From the NCBI RefSeq assembly GCF_044324785.1, contig NZ_CP172127.1: 64,000 nt of DNA. The stretch is one strand, 5' to 3'. The notes under the pieces were generated by a model, which saw only the letters and a list, made by a program, of their open reading frames with translations, made no database searches and was not told the DNA's origin. The position numbers were made by a program, and so were the translations under genes. Shown one piece after another: positions 14,570 through 28,178 of this stretch (positions within the stretch are counted from its first letter, which is position 1; each line of letters begins with the position of its first letter). Origin of the DNA: Escherichia coli. GTDB lineage: Bacteria; Pseudomonadota; Gammaproteobacteria; Enterobacterales; Enterobacteriaceae.

Positions 14570-15997
14570 ATGAGCGATAAAAAGAAGCGCAGTATGGCGG
14601 GTTTGCCGTGGATCGCGGCGATGGCCTTCTTCATGCAGGCACTTGATGCCACTATTCTGAATACCGCCTTACCCGCAATCGCTCATAGCCTTAATCGTTC
14701 TCCTCTCGCGATGCAATCAGCCATCATCAGTTATACGCTGACGGTGGCGATGCTTATTCCGGTAAGCGGATGGCTAGCCGATCGCTTCGGTACGCGTCGC
14801 ATTTTTACCCTTGCCGTGAGTCTGTTCACATTGGGTTCTCTGGCCTGCGCACTTTCTAATTCGCTACCACAGCTGGTTGTCTTCCGGGTTATTCAGGGGA
14901 TAGGCGGCGCAATGATGATGCCTGTTGCTCGGCTGGCCTTACTGCGCGCTTATCCTCGTAATGAACTTCTTCCAGTATTGAATTTTGTCGCCATGCCGGG
15001 TCTGGTGGGGCCAATTTTAGGCCCCGTTCTTGGCGGCGTGCTGGTCACCTGGGCAACCTGGCACTGGATATTTTTAATCAATATCCCCATAGGTATTGCG
15101 GGCCTTCTTTACGCGCGCAAACATATGCCCAATTTCACCACCGCACGACGCAGATTCGATATCACTGGCTTTTTGCTGTTTGGCCTCAGCCTTGTTCTCT
15201 TCTCAAGCGGAATAGAGCTATTCGGGGAAAAGATTGTCGCCAGCTGGATTGCCTTGACGGTAATTGTCACCAGCATCGGGTTACTGCTTCTCTATATTCT
15301 CCATGCACGACGCACGCCAAACCCATTAATTTCATTAGATTTATTTAAAACCCGCACTTTCTCGATCGGTATCGTAGGCAATATTGCAACCCGTCTGGGG
15401 ACCGGCTGTGTACCGTTCCTTATGCCATTGATGTTACAGGTAGGATTTGGTTATCAGGCGTTTATTGCCGGCTGTATGATGGCACCGACAGCGTTAGGTT
15501 CCATTATTGCAAAATCGATGGTTACCCAAGTCTTACGTCGTCTGGGCTATCGCCATACGTTAGTGGGGATCACGGTGATTATTGGGCTAATGATCGCTCA
15601 GTTCTCTTTGCAATCACCAGCAATGGCGATATGGATGCTGATCTTGCCGTTGTTTATATTAGGGATGGCTATGTCGACGCAATTTACCGCAATGAATACC
15701 ATCACACTTGCCGATCTGACCGATGACAACGCCAGCAGCGGTAACAGTGTTCTGGCGGTCACGCAGCAACTGTCTATCAGTTTAGGCGTTGCTGTAAGTG
15801 CGGCCGTCCTTCGCGTTTATGAAGGGATGGAAGGCACAACGACTGTCGAACAATTCCACTATACGTTTATCACGATGGGCATTATTACTGTTGCTTCAGC
15901 AGCAATGTTCATGCTTCTGAAAACAACCGATGGTAATAATTTGATCAAAAGACAGCGTAAATCTAAGCCGAACCGCGTTCCATCAGAATCGGAGTAA
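14570..15997 (+). CDS. hsrA: MFS multidrug efflux transporter HsrA/YieO (475 aa)
   Basis: ORF track 475 aa, multi-TM hydrophobic profile, MFS-like motifs. Confidence 0.9.
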
Positions 15998-16955
15998 GTT
16001 GTAATCGTTGTTGCTGAAGGGTCGGTTGGGTTATCCGATGGATGAGTACATCAATCGCCAGCTCCCCTAGTTCATCTTTCGGTTGGTGGATAGTGGTTAA
16101 TGGTGGCGTCATAAAGCTTGCCAGTTCGATATCGTCATAGCCAATCACCGCGATATCCTGCGGAACTTGTAACTCTGCCTGATACAGCGCCTGGTAAACG
16201 CCAACAGCCATAGCGTCATTTCCGGTAAAGACGGCCTGAGGACGCAGCGGATGTAATAACAGTTGGCGCATAGCGTCAAACCCGCCGTTAAATTCAAAAT
16301 CACCAGTGACTTCATAGCCATCAGGAATGTTGAGACCCGCACGTTTCATCGCCGCCCGATAACCTTCCAACCGCAGGCGTGCCGGAGTTTTATCCAGCGG
16401 GCCGGTAATACAGGCGATACGGGTATGACCTTTATCGATCAGATATTGCGTTGCTAAGTCTCCGCCCAGCAACGAGTTATCCTGTATAAGATCGCTGTCG
16501 CCATCGAACGGAGCCCAGTCCATCATCACAGTAGGCACTGTCGGATAACGTTGCATGATTTCACGCGAAGGTTGATGCGTTTCGGTGCACAGTAACAGCA
16601 AGCCATCAACGCGTTTTTGCATCAGCGTTTCCAGATTGCGATTCATCCGCTGTTCATCGCCTTCGGTATTGCAAAGGACGAGACTATAACCGCGTTCGAA
16701 GCAGCTGCGTTCAACGCCACGCACCAGTTCTGAATAGAAAGGATTGGTACTGGCAGTGATCAACATGCCAATGGTATGTGTTTGATTGAGTTTGAGGCTA
16801 CGCGCCAGGGCTGATGGCGCGTAATTGAGTTCTTTAATCGCCGCTTCAACTTTGGCGGTAATCGCTTCACTGACGAAGCGATCTTTATTGATAACGTGAG
16901 AAACTGTTGAGGTAGAAACGCCCGCCAGGCGGGCAACATCTTTCATTGTAGCCAA
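15963..16955 (-). CDS. rbsR: ribose operon repressor, LacI family (330 aa)
   Basis: ORF track 330 aa, N-terminal Lac[27 protein letters not shown]; convergent 35-bp overlap with hsrA. Confidence 0.93.
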
Positions 16956-16958
16956 GCG

Positions 16959-17888
16959 TCACCTCTGCCTGTCTAAAAATGCGTCGATCTCTTCACGCCA
17001 CGGTACGGAAGGTTGTGCGCCTTTACGTGTTACGGCAATCGCAGCGGCAGCATGGGCAAACCGAATCGCCTCTGGCAATGGTTTTTCTTCCAGCAACGCC
17101 GTGATTAACGCGCCGTTAAAGGTATCTCCGGCAGCAATGGTATCGACAGCCTGCACCCGGAATCCAGGAACGCGCTGACCTTCACCATTCACGCTAGCCC
17201 ATACACCACGACTTCCTAAAGTAATCAGTACAGTACGGATACCTTTTTCATGCAGTACCTGCGCCGCCTTCGCTGCATCTTCATCATTTTCAACACGAAT
17301 ACCGGTGAGCTTTTCTGCTTCCGTTTCGTTTGGCGTAATAATGTCCACCAGCGCCAGCAGTTCGTCAGGAAGTTCGCGAGCCGGAGCCGGGTTAAGCGCA
17401 ACGATAGTCTTATTTTGATGGGCGATTTTCGCCGCTGCCTTCACACTTTCGAGTGGTGATTCCAGCTGCATTAATAATGCTGACGCGTTGGCAATACGCT
17501 CACGTTGCGCTTCCACCAGCGCCGGGGAAAGGGCAGCATTAGCGCCGGCATGAATACCGATGACATTCTCACCTTCGCCATTAACAAAAATCAGCGCCAC
17601 ACCTGTTGATTCGCCTTTGATCACGCTGACCGGAGAAATATCAATGTTATCAGTGGCGAGCTGCTGGCGAACGCTCTCACCAATACTGTCATCACCCGTA
17701 CAGGCAATAAACGCGATATTCGCACCGCTACGCCCAGCAGCCACAGCCTGATTAGCGCCTTTGCCGCCAAATGCAACCTGATAGTGGTTACCGGTTACGG
17801 TTTCGCCTGGAGTAGGAAAAGATTGAAGATTAAGAATGTGGTCAGCATTAATGCTGCCAAGAACAACGAGGCTGCCTGCGTTTTGCAT
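16959..17888 (-). CDS. rbsK: ribokinase (309 aa)
   Basis: ORF track 16959..17915; start MQNAGSLVVLGSINADH at 17888 matches remembered RbsK. Confidence 0.93.
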   Translation of the reverse strand: MQNAGSLVVLGSINADHILNLQSFPTPGETVTGNHYQVAFGGKGANQAVAAGRSGANIAFIACTGDDSIGESVRQQLATDNIDISPVSVIKGESTGVALIFVNGEGENVIGIHAGANAALSPALVEAQRERIANASALLMQLESPLESVKAAAKIAHQNKTIVALNPAPARELPDELLALVDIITPNETEAEKLTGIRVENDEDAAKAAQVLHEKGIRTVLITLGSRGVWASVNGEGQRVPGFRVQAVDTIAAGDTFNGALITALLEEKPLPEAIRFAHAAAAIAVTRKGAQPSVPWREEIDAFLDRQR

Positions 17889-18013
17889 ATTCGGGATGTC
17901 CATAAAATGCGCCACCGTGTTAGGGTGGCGCGTGCCCTGCTTTTCTTTATATTACACGTTCATCTGTCGATGACGTATTTATGTCACCATCAGGTCATAC
18001 AACCTGATTAAAA

Positions 18014-18904
18014 CTACTGCTTAACAACCAGTTTCAGATCAACCGGATACTTAGCCTGAACTTTCTCGCCTTTCAGCACTTTATCTGCGGTTTCGACGCC
18101 TTTCGCGCCAATCTGATCGGGTAGCTGAGCGATAGTCGCTGCTAGTTTGCCATCATTCACCGCTTTTTCGCCATCCGGTGTACCGTCAAATCCGACGACC
18201 ATCACATCCGATTTACCGGCAGTTTGCAGCGCGCGCAGCGCGCCCAGCGCCATTTCATCATTCTGCGCGAATACAGCCTGAACATCCGGATGTGCGGTCA
18301 ACAGGTTCTGCATTACGTTCAAACCTTTAGTGCGATCAAAATCTGCTGGCTGGCTGGCAAGAACATTAAACTTGTGAGCAGCAACGGCCTGCTGGAAGCC
18401 TTCGCCACGTTCACGGGCTGCGGATGTACCAGCAATGCCTTGCAGCTCGATAACTTTGGCACCTTCGCCCGCTTTCTTCGCGATGTAATCACCGGCGATT
18501 TTGCCGCCCAGTACGTTATCAGAAGCAATGTGGCTCACCACTTCACCTTTCGTTGCCTGGCGGTCAAGAGTGATAACCGGGATGTTCGCCTGGTTAGCCA
18601 TCTTCACAGCATTACCCACTGCGTCGGAGTCGGTCGGGTTAATCAGCAGAATTTTGGTGCCGCGAACGGTTAAGTCCTGCACGTTCGCCAGCTCTTTCGC
18701 CGGGTTGTTCTGGGAGTCCAGCACCACCAGGTTATAGCCAAGTTTATCCGCCTCTTTCTGCGCGCCATCTTTCAGCGATACAAAGAACGGGTTGTTAAGC
18801 GTGGAGACCACCAGCGCGATGGTGTCTTTTGCCATCGCATTCGCACTGACGGTGGCGCTTAGCGCAACAGCGGAAACCAGGGTAGCCAGTTTTTTCATGT
18901 TCAT
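18014..18904 (-). CDS. rbsB: periplasmic ribose-binding protein (296 aa)
   Basis: ORF track 18014..18910; ATG start [25 protein letters not shown] (signal peptide) at 18904. Confidence 0.93.
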   Translation of the reverse strand: MNMKKLATLVSAVALSATVSANAMAKDTIALVVSTLNNPFFVSLKDGAQKEADKLGYNLVVLDSQNNPAKELANVQDLTVRGTKILLINPTDSDAVGNAVKMANQANIPVITLDRQATKGEVVSHIASDNVLGGKIAGDYIAKKAGEGAKVIELQGIAGTSAARERGEGFQQAVAAHKFNVLASQPADFDRTKGLNVMQNLLTAHPDVQAVFAQNDEMALGALRALQTAGKSDVMVVGFDGTPDGEKAVNDGKLAATIAQLPDQIGAKGVETADKVLKGEKVQAKYPVDLKLVVKQ

Positions 18905-18928
18905 ATTCAAGATGTCCTGTAGTCGTTA

Positions 18929-19894
18929 TTACTGCTTTTTGTTGTCTACCAGCACCGCCAGCAAAATCACCACCGCTTTGACGATCATCTGGTAATAGGA
19001 GGAAACACCTAACAAATTCAATCCATTATTAAGGAAGCCAAGAATTAATGCGCCGATCAACGTCCCAACAATGCGACCTTTTCCGCCCGCCAGACTCGTA
19101 CCGCCCAGAACCACCGCAGCAATAGCATCCAGCTCATAGCCAGTCCCCGCCGTAGGTTGTGCGGAGGAGAGACGCGCCACTTCAATGATCCCGGCCAGCG
19201 ATGCCAGCAGACCACAAAGAGAATAGACGATGATTTTGATTTTATTGACGTTGATACCAGAAAGGCGCGTTGCCGCTTCGTTGCCGCCCAGCGCGTAGAT
19301 GTAACGCCCCAGACGCGTGTGATGCAGCATGTACCAGACCGCGAGGAACACAATCCCCATGATCCAGACTGGCGTCGGTACGCCCAGCGGACGACCAATA
19401 CCAAACCAGCCAAACAGATCGGCGTTCTCAGTAAAGCCGGTATTCACTGGGCTACCATTGGTATAAACCATGGTCACGCCGCGCAGTAAAAGCATCATAA
19501 CCAGCGTAGCGATAAACGCCTGGACGCGACCTTTCGCTACAATCACCCCGGTTACCGCACCAATTGCGGCACCTAACGCGAGAGCGGCAGCGACAGCCAC
19601 CAGCGCATTGACTTCAATGCCGACGATAGATGCAGCAACTGCGCCGGTCAGCGCCAACAGAGAACCTACCGACAAGTCGATACCCGACGTCAGGATCACC
19701 AGCGTCATCCCGACCGCCATAATGGCGTTCACCGAGGTTTGCTGGAGAATATTGAATAAGTTATTGATGGTGAAAAAGTTCGGACTTAACGTCGAGACAA
19801 TCGCGATCAGCACCAGCAGAGCGATAAGCGATTTCTGCTCCATCAGCCACGCTTTCGTGAAATAACGGCGACCAGAGACAGTCTGGGTTGTCAT
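18929..19894 (-). CDS. rbsC: ribose ABC transporter permease (321 aa)
   Basis: ORF track 321 aa, polytopic membrane protein. Confidence 0.93.
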   Translation of the reverse strand: MTTQTVSGRRYFTKAWLMEQKSLIALLVLIAIVSTLSPNFFTINNLFNILQQTSVNAIMAVGMTLVILTSGIDLSVGSLLALTGAVAASIVGIEVNALVAVAAALALGAAIGAVTGVIVAKGRVQAFIATLVMMLLLRGVTMVYTNGSPVNTGFTENADLFGWFGIGRPLGVPTPVWIMGIVFLAVWYMLHHTRLGRYIYALGGNEAATRLSGINVNKIKIIVYSLCGLLASLAGIIEVARLSSAQPTAGTGYELDAIAAVVLGGTSLAGGKGRIVGTLIGALILGFLNNGLNLLGVSSYYQMIVKAVVILLAVLVDNKKQ

Positions 19895-19898
19895 TTTT

Positions 19899-21404
19899 TT
19901 ACTCCTGATTCACGCGATTAAGCTTGCCCACAGCGGCAGCCATTAACACTTCCTGGGTGGCCTGCTCACGAGTAAATTCCCCGCTGAGATGCCCTTCATG
20001 CATGACGATGATGCGATCGCTCATGCCTAATACTTCTGGCATCTCCGATGACACCAGAATGATGCTCAAGCCATCGGCTTTGAACTGGTTAATCAGTTGA
20101 TAGATCTCTTTTTTCGCGCCGACATCTACGCCACGGGTAGGCTCATCGAGGATCAACACTTTAGGGCGTGTCATTAGACCACGGGCAATCGCCACTTTTT
20201 GCTGATTGCCACCGGAAAGCAGACCAATTGCCTGTTCCATCGACGGCGTTTTCACATTAAACAGACGAATGAAATCACTCACTGCCTGCTGTTCATCGGC
20301 ATGCTTCAAACTGCCGCCAGTACGGCTAAAGTAACGCAGCGCAGTCAGCGACATATTCTCTTTTACTGACATGCCCAGCACTAAACCGTCACGTTTACGG
20401 TCTTCAGAGATATACACAATGCCGTTTGCCAGGCCATCCTGCGGTGAACGGGTAACGACTTCATGCCCATCCAGGGTGACGTAACCACTGGTGCGCGGCA
20501 GTGCGCCGTAGAGCACTTTCATCAGTTCGGTACGACCTGCGCCCATCAAACCAGAGACGCCAAGAATTTCGCCTTTGCGTAAAGTAAAAGAGACATCGTT
20601 AACGCCAGGTCCGCAGAGATTATCGACTTTCAGGCGAATATCTCCCGGCGCTTTGTCCAGGTGTGGATATTGATCTTCCAGCTTGCGGCCCACCATCATC
20701 TCAATCAGCGAATCTTCGGTCAGTGATGCTACTTCACGCTCAGCAATAAATTGCCCGTCACGAAAAACGGTAACGTCATCGCAAATCTCGAAGATTTCTT
20801 TCATGCGGTGGGAAATATAGACAATACCGCGGCCTTGCGATTTCAGCTCGCGGATGACGCGGAACAAGGATTCGGTTTCGGTATCGGTCAGCGCATCGGT
20901 CGGTTCATCCATAATGATGACTTTCGACTCAAAGCTCAGCACTTTGGCTATTTCAACCATTTGCTGGTCACCGATGGAAAGATCGCCCACCAGCTTGTCG
21001 CTTTTAAAGCGCAGGTTAAGTTTAGCCAGCAATTTATCCGCTTCGGCATACATGGTTTTCCAGTCAATTTTGCCAAAGCGATTAACAAACTCACGACCGA
21101 GGAAAATGTTTTCGGCAATGGTCAACTGCGGGATCAGGTTCAGTTCCTGATGGATAATCCCAATCCCGGCTTCCTGGGAAGATTTCGGCCCGGTAAACGT
21201 CGTTTCTTTCCCCAGCCATAAAAGCGTACCGGCATCGCGAGTATAGATACCCGTAAGCACTTTCATCATGGTGGATTTACCCGCACCGTTTTCGCCCACC
21301 AGCGCCATCACACGGCCCGGATAGACATTTAACGCTGCGCCCGAGAGGGCTTTTACGCCCGGGAAGGCTTTATCGATGCCTTTAAGCTGAAGTAATGCTT
21401 CCAT
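19899..21404 (-). CDS. rbsA: ribose ABC transporter ATP-binding protein, tandem ABC domains (501 aa)
   Basis: ORF track 501 aa; Walker [10 protein letters not shown] and second ABC signature LSGGNQQK. Confidence 0.94.
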   Translation of the reverse strand: MEALLQLKGIDKAFPGVKALSGAALNVYPGRVMALVGENGAGKSTMMKVLTGIYTRDAGTLLWLGKETTFTGPKSSQEAGIGIIHQELNLIPQLTIAENIFLGREFVNRFGKIDWKTMYAEADKLLAKLNLRFKSDKLVGDLSIGDQQMVEIAKVLSFESKVIIMDEPTDALTDTETESLFRVIRELKSQGRGIVYISHRMKEIFEICDDVTVFRDGQFIAEREVASLTEDSLIEMMVGRKLEDQYPHLDKAPGDIRLKVDNLCGPGVNDVSFTLRKGEILGVSGLMGAGRTELMKVLYGALPRTSGYVTLDGHEVVTRSPQDGLANGIVYISEDRKRDGLVLGMSVKENMSLTALRYFSRTGGSLKHADEQQAVSDFIRLFNVKTPSMEQAIGLLSGGNQQKVAIARGLMTRPKVLILDEPTRGVDVGAKKEIYQLINQFKADGLSIILVSSEMPEVLGMSDRIIVMHEGHLSGEFTREQATQEVLMAAAVGKLNRVNQE

Positions 21405-21411
21405 GACGGCC

Positions 21412-21831
21412 TCAGAACGTCACGCCAGCACAGAGAATGATATTCGCATACGGAGAACATTCTCCGCTGCGAATTACCGCCTGACTTTCTGCGGTTTGTT
21501 GTTTGAATTGTTCATGCGTGGTGTAACGAATTTCAATGGTATTTCCCTGGTGTTGTTGCAGCTGCTCAAGGTGAGTGAGCAACGTTTCGTGGAGATGCGG
21601 ATTATGTTGTTTGATCTCTTCCGCGATAATGGCCGCCTCGACCTGCATTTCATTTGTGACGACGCCCAGCACCTGCATAAAAGAAGGTACACCCTGGGTT
21701 AATGCCATATCGATACGCGTTGTACTTTTGGGGATGGGTAAACCAGCATCACACACCACCAGCGTATCGGTATGTCCCAGACGGGAGATCACCGATGAAA
21801 TATCAGAATTAAGAACGGTGCCTTTTTTCAT
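21412..21831 (-). CDS. rbsD: D-ribose pyranase (139 aa)
   Basis: ORF track 21412..21843; start [22 protein letters not shown] at 21831. Confidence 0.92.
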   Translation of the reverse strand: MKKGTVLNSDISSVISRLGHTDTLVVCDAGLPIPKSTTRIDMALTQGVPSFMQVLGVVTNEMQVEAAIIAEEIKQHNPHLHETLLTHLEQLQQHQGNTIEIRYTTHEQFKQQTAESQAVIRSGECSPYANIILCAGVTF

Positions 21832-21842
21832 TTTTTTCTCCA

Positions 21843-21862
21843 TCAGCGAAACGTTTCGCTGA
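21843..21862. promoter_or_regulatory. RbsR operator (perfect 20-bp palindrome) just upstream of rbsD
   Basis: TCAGCGAAACGTTTCGCTGA perfect inverted repeat; a second half-site-like cgaaacgttt occurs near 21917-21926. Confidence 0.8.
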
Positions 21863-21997
21863 CCCGCAGTTTAATCCTGACTGAGTAGGGAAAACCATCG
21901 TGACGTTACGGAAATGTGATCAACCTCGAAACGTTTTACATGGTGATTAACCATGAAAACAAAAACGCCCCCTTATGGAGAAAGGAGGCGTCTGGCG

Positions 21998-23866
21998 TTA
22001 GATTTCGACCTGAGTACCCAGTTCGATAACCCTGTTTGGCGGGATTTCAAATTGATCCGGCGCACGCAGCGCATTACGTTGCAGCAGCAAGTACAGCTTG
22101 CCGCGCAGACGCAAATACCACGGGCGTTTGCCGAGGATCAACGACTCATGCGACATAAAGAAAGAGGTTTCCATCATCCGGCAACTTAATCCTTCCAGAC
22201 CGCAGCGGTGGAAAACTTCTTCCACGTTTGGCGTTTCTCGCCAACCATAACTTGCCACCACGCGCCAGAAAGTGGGCGACAGTTGTTCAATCTGTACCCG
22301 ACGGACGTTATGGACATAAGGCGCGTCTTCGGTGCGCAGAGTTAACAGAATCACCCGCTCATGCAATACCTTGTTATGTTTAAGGTTATGCATCAGCGCA
22401 AAGGGAATGACGTTGATTGCACGTGACATATACACCGCGGTCCCGGGCACGCGAACGGGCGGTGATTTCTCCAGCGAAGCAATCATCGCCTCCAGAGAGT
22501 TACCATGTTCATGCATCCGCCGCAGCAAACGGAAACGTTCGCTCTTCCAGGTGGTCATCACGATAAACATCACCGTACCGAGGCTCAATGGCAACCAGCC
22601 GCCGGAGAGCAGTTTATCGAGGTTAGCGGTGAACAATGGAATATCGACACAAAGGAAAGCAATCAGGATCAGCGCAACAAAATACTTATTCCAGTGCCAG
22701 TTCTGACGTGCCACGGTAGTCGAGAGAATAGACGTCAGCACCATGGTTCCGGTCACCGCAATCCCATACGCCGCCGCCAGGTTGCTGGAGTGCTCAAAGC
22801 TGACAATCACAATCACGACCGCGACATAGAGCATCCAGTTCACAAACGGAATATAGATTTGCCCTGACTCCATTTCGGAGGTGTGAATAATGCGCATCGG
22901 CGACAAATATCCCAGACGTACCGCCTGACGCGTCAATGAGAAGACGCCAGAGATAACCGCCTGCGAGGCAATTACCGTCGCCAGTGCGGCGATGATCAGC
23001 AGCGGGATCAGCGCCCAGTCCGGTGCCAACAGGAAGAACGGGTTCTTAATTGCTTCCGGGTTCTTTAACAACAGAGCGCCCTGACCGAAGTAATTAAGAG
23101 TTAAGGAAGGTAATACGACGGTGAACCACGCCAGGCGAATAGGGAACTTACCAAAGTGCCCCATATCAGCATACAGCGCCTCGACCCCCGTAATCGACAG
23201 CACCACTGCCCCTAATGCAATAAAAGAAACCGTTTTGTATTCAAGGAAGAAATGCACCGCCCACATCGGATTCAGCGCATGCAGCACTTCCGGGTTAGCA
23301 ATAATGCTACGTAACCCCAGTCCTGCCAGAATCAAAAACCAGGTCAGCATGATCGGCGCAAACAGCTTACCGACCATAGCCGTGCCATGTTTTTGAATCA
23401 TAAATAATAAAGTGAGAACGATAATTGAGAGGGGAACTATCCAGGTATCCAGCTGCGGGGCGACGATTTCCAGACCTTCAATGGCTGACATCACCGAAAT
23501 AGCGGGTGTTATGACGACTTCACCATAGAAAAAGCTGCCGCCGATTAGCCCCATAATCACCAGCATTGATGTGGTTCGCGCCGACGTATTACGCCCGGCA
23601 AGCGACATCAACGTCAGGATCCCCCCTTCACCGGCGTTATCTGCCCGCATCACGAAGGTGAGATATTTAATGGAAACCACAAAGATTAGCAGCCAGAAGA
23701 TCAGCGATAAAAAGCCAAACACGGCATCGCGTTCAACGCCAAAACCAAACTGGCCGGACAAACATTCACGAAGTGTATATAACGGGCTGGTACCAATATC
23801 GCCGTAGACAACTCCAATCGCCGCGAGGGTAATCGCGGGCAATGATTGCTTATTATCAGTGCTCAT
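21998..23866 (-). CDS. kup: K+ uptake transporter Kup/TrkD (622 aa)
   Basis: ORF track 622 aa, multi-TM with hydrophilic C-terminal domain. Confidence 0.93.
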
Positions 23867-24088
23867 AGACTAGTCTTTCGTTGAAATATGAAATGTGTGC
23901 TTAGTCCCTTGGCCCACAAAAAAGCGCACAGTATGCACGATTAACGGCAAAATCGTACTCCTAAATGCGGCCACATTAACCTGGCTCAAAGAAAAACCCC
24001 CCCCCTTTGAGACTATTTTAGCCACCAGCAAGAAACGTCTATACTCGCAATTTACGCAGAAATTTTGACGAAAGGACGCCACTTCATT

Positions 24089-25585
24089 ATGGCTCACCCT
24101 CATTTATTAGCGGAAAGAATTTCCCGCCTGAGCAGTTCGTTGGAAAAGGGGCTTTATGAACGTAGCCACGCCATCCGCTTGTGTTTATTAGCGGCATTAA
24201 GTGGTGAAAGTGTGTTCCTCCTTGGCCCGCCAGGCATTGCCAAAAGTTTGATCGCCCGGCGCTTAAAATTCGCCTTTCAGAATGCCCGCGCGTTTGAATA
24301 TCTGATGACCCGCTTCTCCACGCCGGAAGAAGTTTTTGGTCCCCTTTCTATTCAGGCGCTAAAAGATGAAGGGCGCTATGAACGTTTAACCAGCGGTTAC
24401 CTGCCGGAAGCAGAAATCGTCTTTCTGGATGAGATCTGGAAAGCGGGCCCGGCAATTCTTAATACCCTGCTCACCGCCATTAACGAGCGCCAGTTCCGCA
24501 ACGGTGCACACGTAGAAAAAATCCCGATGCGTCTGCTGGTGGCGGCCTCCAACGAGCTGCCGGAAGCAGACAGCAGTCTGGAAGCGTTATATGACCGCAT
24601 GCTGATTCGTCTGTGGTTAGATAAAGTGCAGGATAAAGCGAATTTCCGCTCCATGCTGACCAGTCAACAGGATGAAAACGACAATCCGGTTCCTGCCTCC
24701 TTGCAGGTCACAGATGAAGAATATGAACGCTGGCAGAAAGAGATTGGTGAAATTACGCTGCCCGATCATGTATTTGAGCTGATTTTTATGCTGCGCCAGC
24801 AACTGGATAAATTACCGGATGCGCCTTATGTCTCGGATCGTCGCTGGAAAAAAGCGATTCGATTATTGCAGGCCAGCGCCTTTTTTAGCGGTCGCAGTGC
24901 TGTTGCCCCGGTTGATCTCATTTTGCTGAAAGATTGCCTGTGGTATGACGCGCAAAGCCTGAATTTGATACAACAACAAATTGATGTATTGATGACCGGT
25001 CATGCCTGGCAACAGCAAGGGATGTTGACCCGCCTGGGCGCGATTGTGCAACGTCACCTGCAACTACAGCAGCAACAAAGCGATAAAACAGCCTTAACGG
25101 TAATTCGTCTGGGCGGCATTTTCAGCCGTCGTCAGCAGTATCAACTTCCTGTTAACGTTACTGCTTCCACTCTGACTCTGCTGCTGCAAAAACCGTTAAA
25201 ATTGCATGATATGGAAGTGGTTCATATCTCCTTTGAGCGTAACGCGCTGGAACAGTGGCTGAGTAAAGGTGGTGAAATTCGCGGCAAACTAAACGGTATC
25301 GGCTTTGCCCAGAAACTGAATCTGGAAGTTGATAGCGCCCAACATCTTGTCGTACGCGATGTAAGTTTACAAGGCAGTACGCTGGCACTTCCCGGTTCAT
25401 CGGCTGAAGGTTTGCCAGGTGAAATAAAACAACAACTGGAAGAGCTTGAAAGCGACTGGCGCAAGCAACACGCTTTATTCAGCGAACAGCAAAAATGTCT
25501 GTTTATCCCTGGCGACTGGTTAGGTCGCATTGAAGCCAGCCTACAGGATGTCGGCGCACAGATTCGCCAGGCACAACAATGCTAA
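24089..25585 (+). CDS. ravA: AAA+ MoxR-family ATPase RavA (498 aa)
   Basis: ORF track 24065..25585; start [14 protein letters not shown] at 24089; Walker A GPPGIAKS. Confidence 0.93.
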   Translation: MAHPHLLAERISRLSSSLEKGLYERSHAIRLCLLAALSGESVFLLGPPGIAKSLIARRLKFAFQNARAFEYLMTRFSTPEEVFGPLSIQALKDEGRYERLTSGYLPEAEIVFLDEIWKAGPAILNTLLTAINERQFRNGAHVEKIPMRLLVAASNELPEADSSLEALYDRMLIRLWLDKVQDKANFRSMLTSQQDENDNPVPASLQVTDEEYERWQKEIGEITLPDHVFELIFMLRQQLDKLPDAPYVSDRRWKKAIRLLQASAFFSGRSAVAPVDLILLKDCLWYDAQSLNLIQQQIDVLMTGHAWQQQGMLTRLGAIVQRHLQLQQQQSDKTALTVIRLGGIFSRRQQYQLPVNVTASTLTLLLQKPLKLHDMEVVHISFERNALEQWLSKGGEIRGKLNGIGFAQKLNLEVDSAQHLVVRDVSLQGSTLALPGSSAEGLPGEIKQQLEELESDWRKQHALFSEQQKCLFIPGDWLGRIEASLQDVGAQIRQAQQC

Positions 25586-27030
25586 CGCTGGATACGCTTA
25601 ATGTGATGCTGGCCGTCAGCGAAGAGGGATTGATCGAAGAGATGATCATCGCGCTGCTGGCCTCACCGCAGCTGGCAGTCTTCTTTGAAAAATTCCCACG
25701 ACTGAAGGCGGCAATCACTGATGATGTTCCCCGCTGGCGTGAGGCGCTGCGCAGTCGGCTGAAAGATGCCCGAGTCCCGCCGGAACTCACCGAAGAGGTG
25801 ATGTGCTATCAGCAAAGCCAGCTCCTCTCCACGCCGCAGTTTATTGTGCAGCTACCACAGATCCTGGACTTACTGCATCGTCTGAATTCTCCATGGGCAG
25901 AACAAGCCCGACAGTTGGTTGATGCTAACAGCACGATCACTTCAGCGTTACACACGCTTTTTCTCCAGCGTTGGCGTTTAAGTCTGATCGTGCAAGCAAC
26001 GACGTTAAATCAACAGCTATTAGAAGAAGAACGCGAACAACTGTTGAGTGAAGTTCAGGAACGCATGACGCTGAGCGGACAACTTGAACCGATTCTCGCA
26101 GATAACAATACCGCAGCTGGTCGTCTGTGGGATATGAGCGCCGGTCAGCTTAAACGCGGCGACTATCAGTTGATTGTGAAATACGGTGAATTTCTTAACG
26201 AACAGCCGGAACTGAAACGCCTGGCAGAACAGTTGGGGCGTTCCCGGGAAGCCAAATCAATACCGCGCAACGATGCGCAGATGGAAACCTTCCGCACCAT
26301 GGTGCGCGAACCGGCGACGGTTCCTGAGCAGGTTGATGGTCTGCAACAAAGCGATGATATTTTACGTCTCCTGCCGCCAGAACTGGCGACACTGGGGATA
26401 ACGGAACTGGAGTATGAGTTTTACCGTCGGCTGGTGGAAAAACAGTTGCTCACCTATCGCCTGCACGGTGAGTCGTGGCGTGAAAAAGTGATCGAACGCC
26501 CGGTGGTGCATAAAGATTACGACGAACAGCCGCGCGGACCGTTTATTGTCTGCGTGGATACTTCCGGCTCAATGGGCGGCTTTAATGAACAGTGTGCGAA
26601 AGCGTTCTGCCTGGCCTTGATGCGCATTGCTCTCGCTGAAAACCGGCGCTGCTATATTATGTTATTTTCCACCGAGATCGTCCGTTATAAGCTTTCAGGC
26701 CCACAAGGTATTGAGCAAGCGATCCGCTTTTTAAGTCAGCAGTTTCGTGGCGGCACCGATCTTGCCAGTTGTTTTCGCGCCATTATGGAACGCTTGCAAA
26801 GCCGGGAATGGTTTGATGCCGATGCGGTGGTGATTTCTGATTTTATCGCCCAGCGGTTGCCTGACGACGTGACGAGTAAAGTGAAAGAGCTACAGCGGGT
26901 ACATCAGCATCGCTTTCATGCCGTGGCGATGTCTGCACATGGCAAACCCGGCATCATGCGCATTTTCGATCATATCTGGCGCTTTGATACCGGGATGCGA
27001 AGCCGCCTGCTCAGACGCTGGCGGCGATAA
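25579..27030 (+). CDS. viaA: VWA-domain protein ViaA (483 aa)
   Basis: ORF track 483 aa; 7-bp overlap with ravA; VWA MIDAS-like motif DTSGSM. Confidence 0.92.
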   Translation: MLTLDTLNVMLAVSEEGLIEEMIIALLASPQLAVFFEKFPRLKAAITDDVPRWREALRSRLKDARVPPELTEEVMCYQQSQLLSTPQFIVQLPQILDLLHRLNSPWAEQARQLVDANSTITSALHTLFLQRWRLSLIVQATTLNQQLLEEEREQLLSEVQERMTLSGQLEPILADNNTAAGRLWDMSAGQLKRGDYQLIVKYGEFLNEQPELKRLAEQLGRSREAKSIPRNDAQMETFRTMVREPATVPEQVDGLQQSDDILRLLPPELATLGITELEYEFYRRLVEKQLLTYRLHGESWREKVIERPVVHKDYDEQPRGPFIVCVDTSGSMGGFNEQCAKAFCLALMRIALAENRRCYIMLFSTEIVRYKLSGPQGIEQAIRFLSQQFRGGTDLASCFRAIMERLQSREWFDADAVVISDFIAQRLPDDVTSKVKELQRVHQHRFHAVAMSAHGKPGIMRIFDHIWRFDTGMRSRLLRRWRR

Positions 27031-27034
27031 ATTA

Positions 27035-28027
27035 TTACAGCAGAGAAGGGACGCTCTCGCGAACAGCTGCCGGCCATACACCACACTGAACCTGGCCGAT
27101 ATGTGGCAGTTGCAGCAGCAGCATGGTCAAACGAGACTGCCCGATACCGCCGCCGATGGTCTGCGGCATTTCACCGCGCAGCAGCGCCTGATGCCACTCC
27201 AGCTCCAGGCGATCTTCGTCACCGGTCAGCGCCAGCTGATGCTTCAGCGTGTCGGCATCCACGCGGATCCCCATGGAAGAAAGCTCAAACGCATCTTCCA
27301 GTACCGGGTTCCATACCAGAATATCGCCGTTCAGACCCGCATGGCCCAGCTCTGACGGGGTGCTCCAGTCATCATAATCCGGTGCGCGCACGTCGTGACG
27401 ATGACCATCACTCAACTTGCCGCCAATCCCGACGAGGAATACCGCGCCAAGATCTTTCGCAATCGCCCGCTCACGCCCTTTGGCATCGAGATCCGGATAA
27501 CGAGACAGTAACTCCTGGCTGTGTACGAAGTGGATCTGATCCGGCAGGAACGGTGCCAGGCCAAACTCTTCGCTAACCGCAGCTTCGGTTGCTTTAATTC
27601 CCGCCCAGATCGCCTCTACCGTGCTTTTCAGAGTCGAGAATTGACGCTCACCGTCGCCCATTACGCGTTCCCAGTCCCACTGGTCAACATAGACCGAGTG
27701 CAACGGAGAAAGACGGTCTTCATCGGGGCGAAGGGCTTTCATGTGCGTGTACAGCCCTTCGCCCGCGCTGAAGTCGTGTTGCCCTAAGGTCTGACGTTTC
27801 CACTTCGCCAGTGAATGAACCACTTCGAACTGGGCATCAGGCAGAGCTTTCACTTTTACCTGTACCGCTTTTTCACAGCCCGACAAGTTATCCTGCGTGC
27901 CATCCCCCACACGGCTAAGAATCGGCGCCTGGACTTCGATCAGCCCCAGACGTTCTTCCAGTTGACGAGAAAAGTGAGATTTCACGAAGCTAATTTGGCG
28001 TTGTTTGGCAATGTAAGCGGTTTTCAT
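27035..28027 (-). CDS. asnA: aspartate-ammonia ligase / asparagine synthetase A (330 aa)
   Basis: ORF track 330 aa [38 protein letters not shown]. Confidence 0.94.
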
Positions 28028-28178
28028 TTTTTATACTCCTGCGTCCTGTTGCTTATGATTAAGCAACAAAAACCGACACACATGCAATAATCATTCAATA
28101 AAAAGCCTAACTCATTTTTGATTCATTAAAAAAGAAGGCTAAAATAGAATGAATCATCAATCCGCATAAGAAAATCCT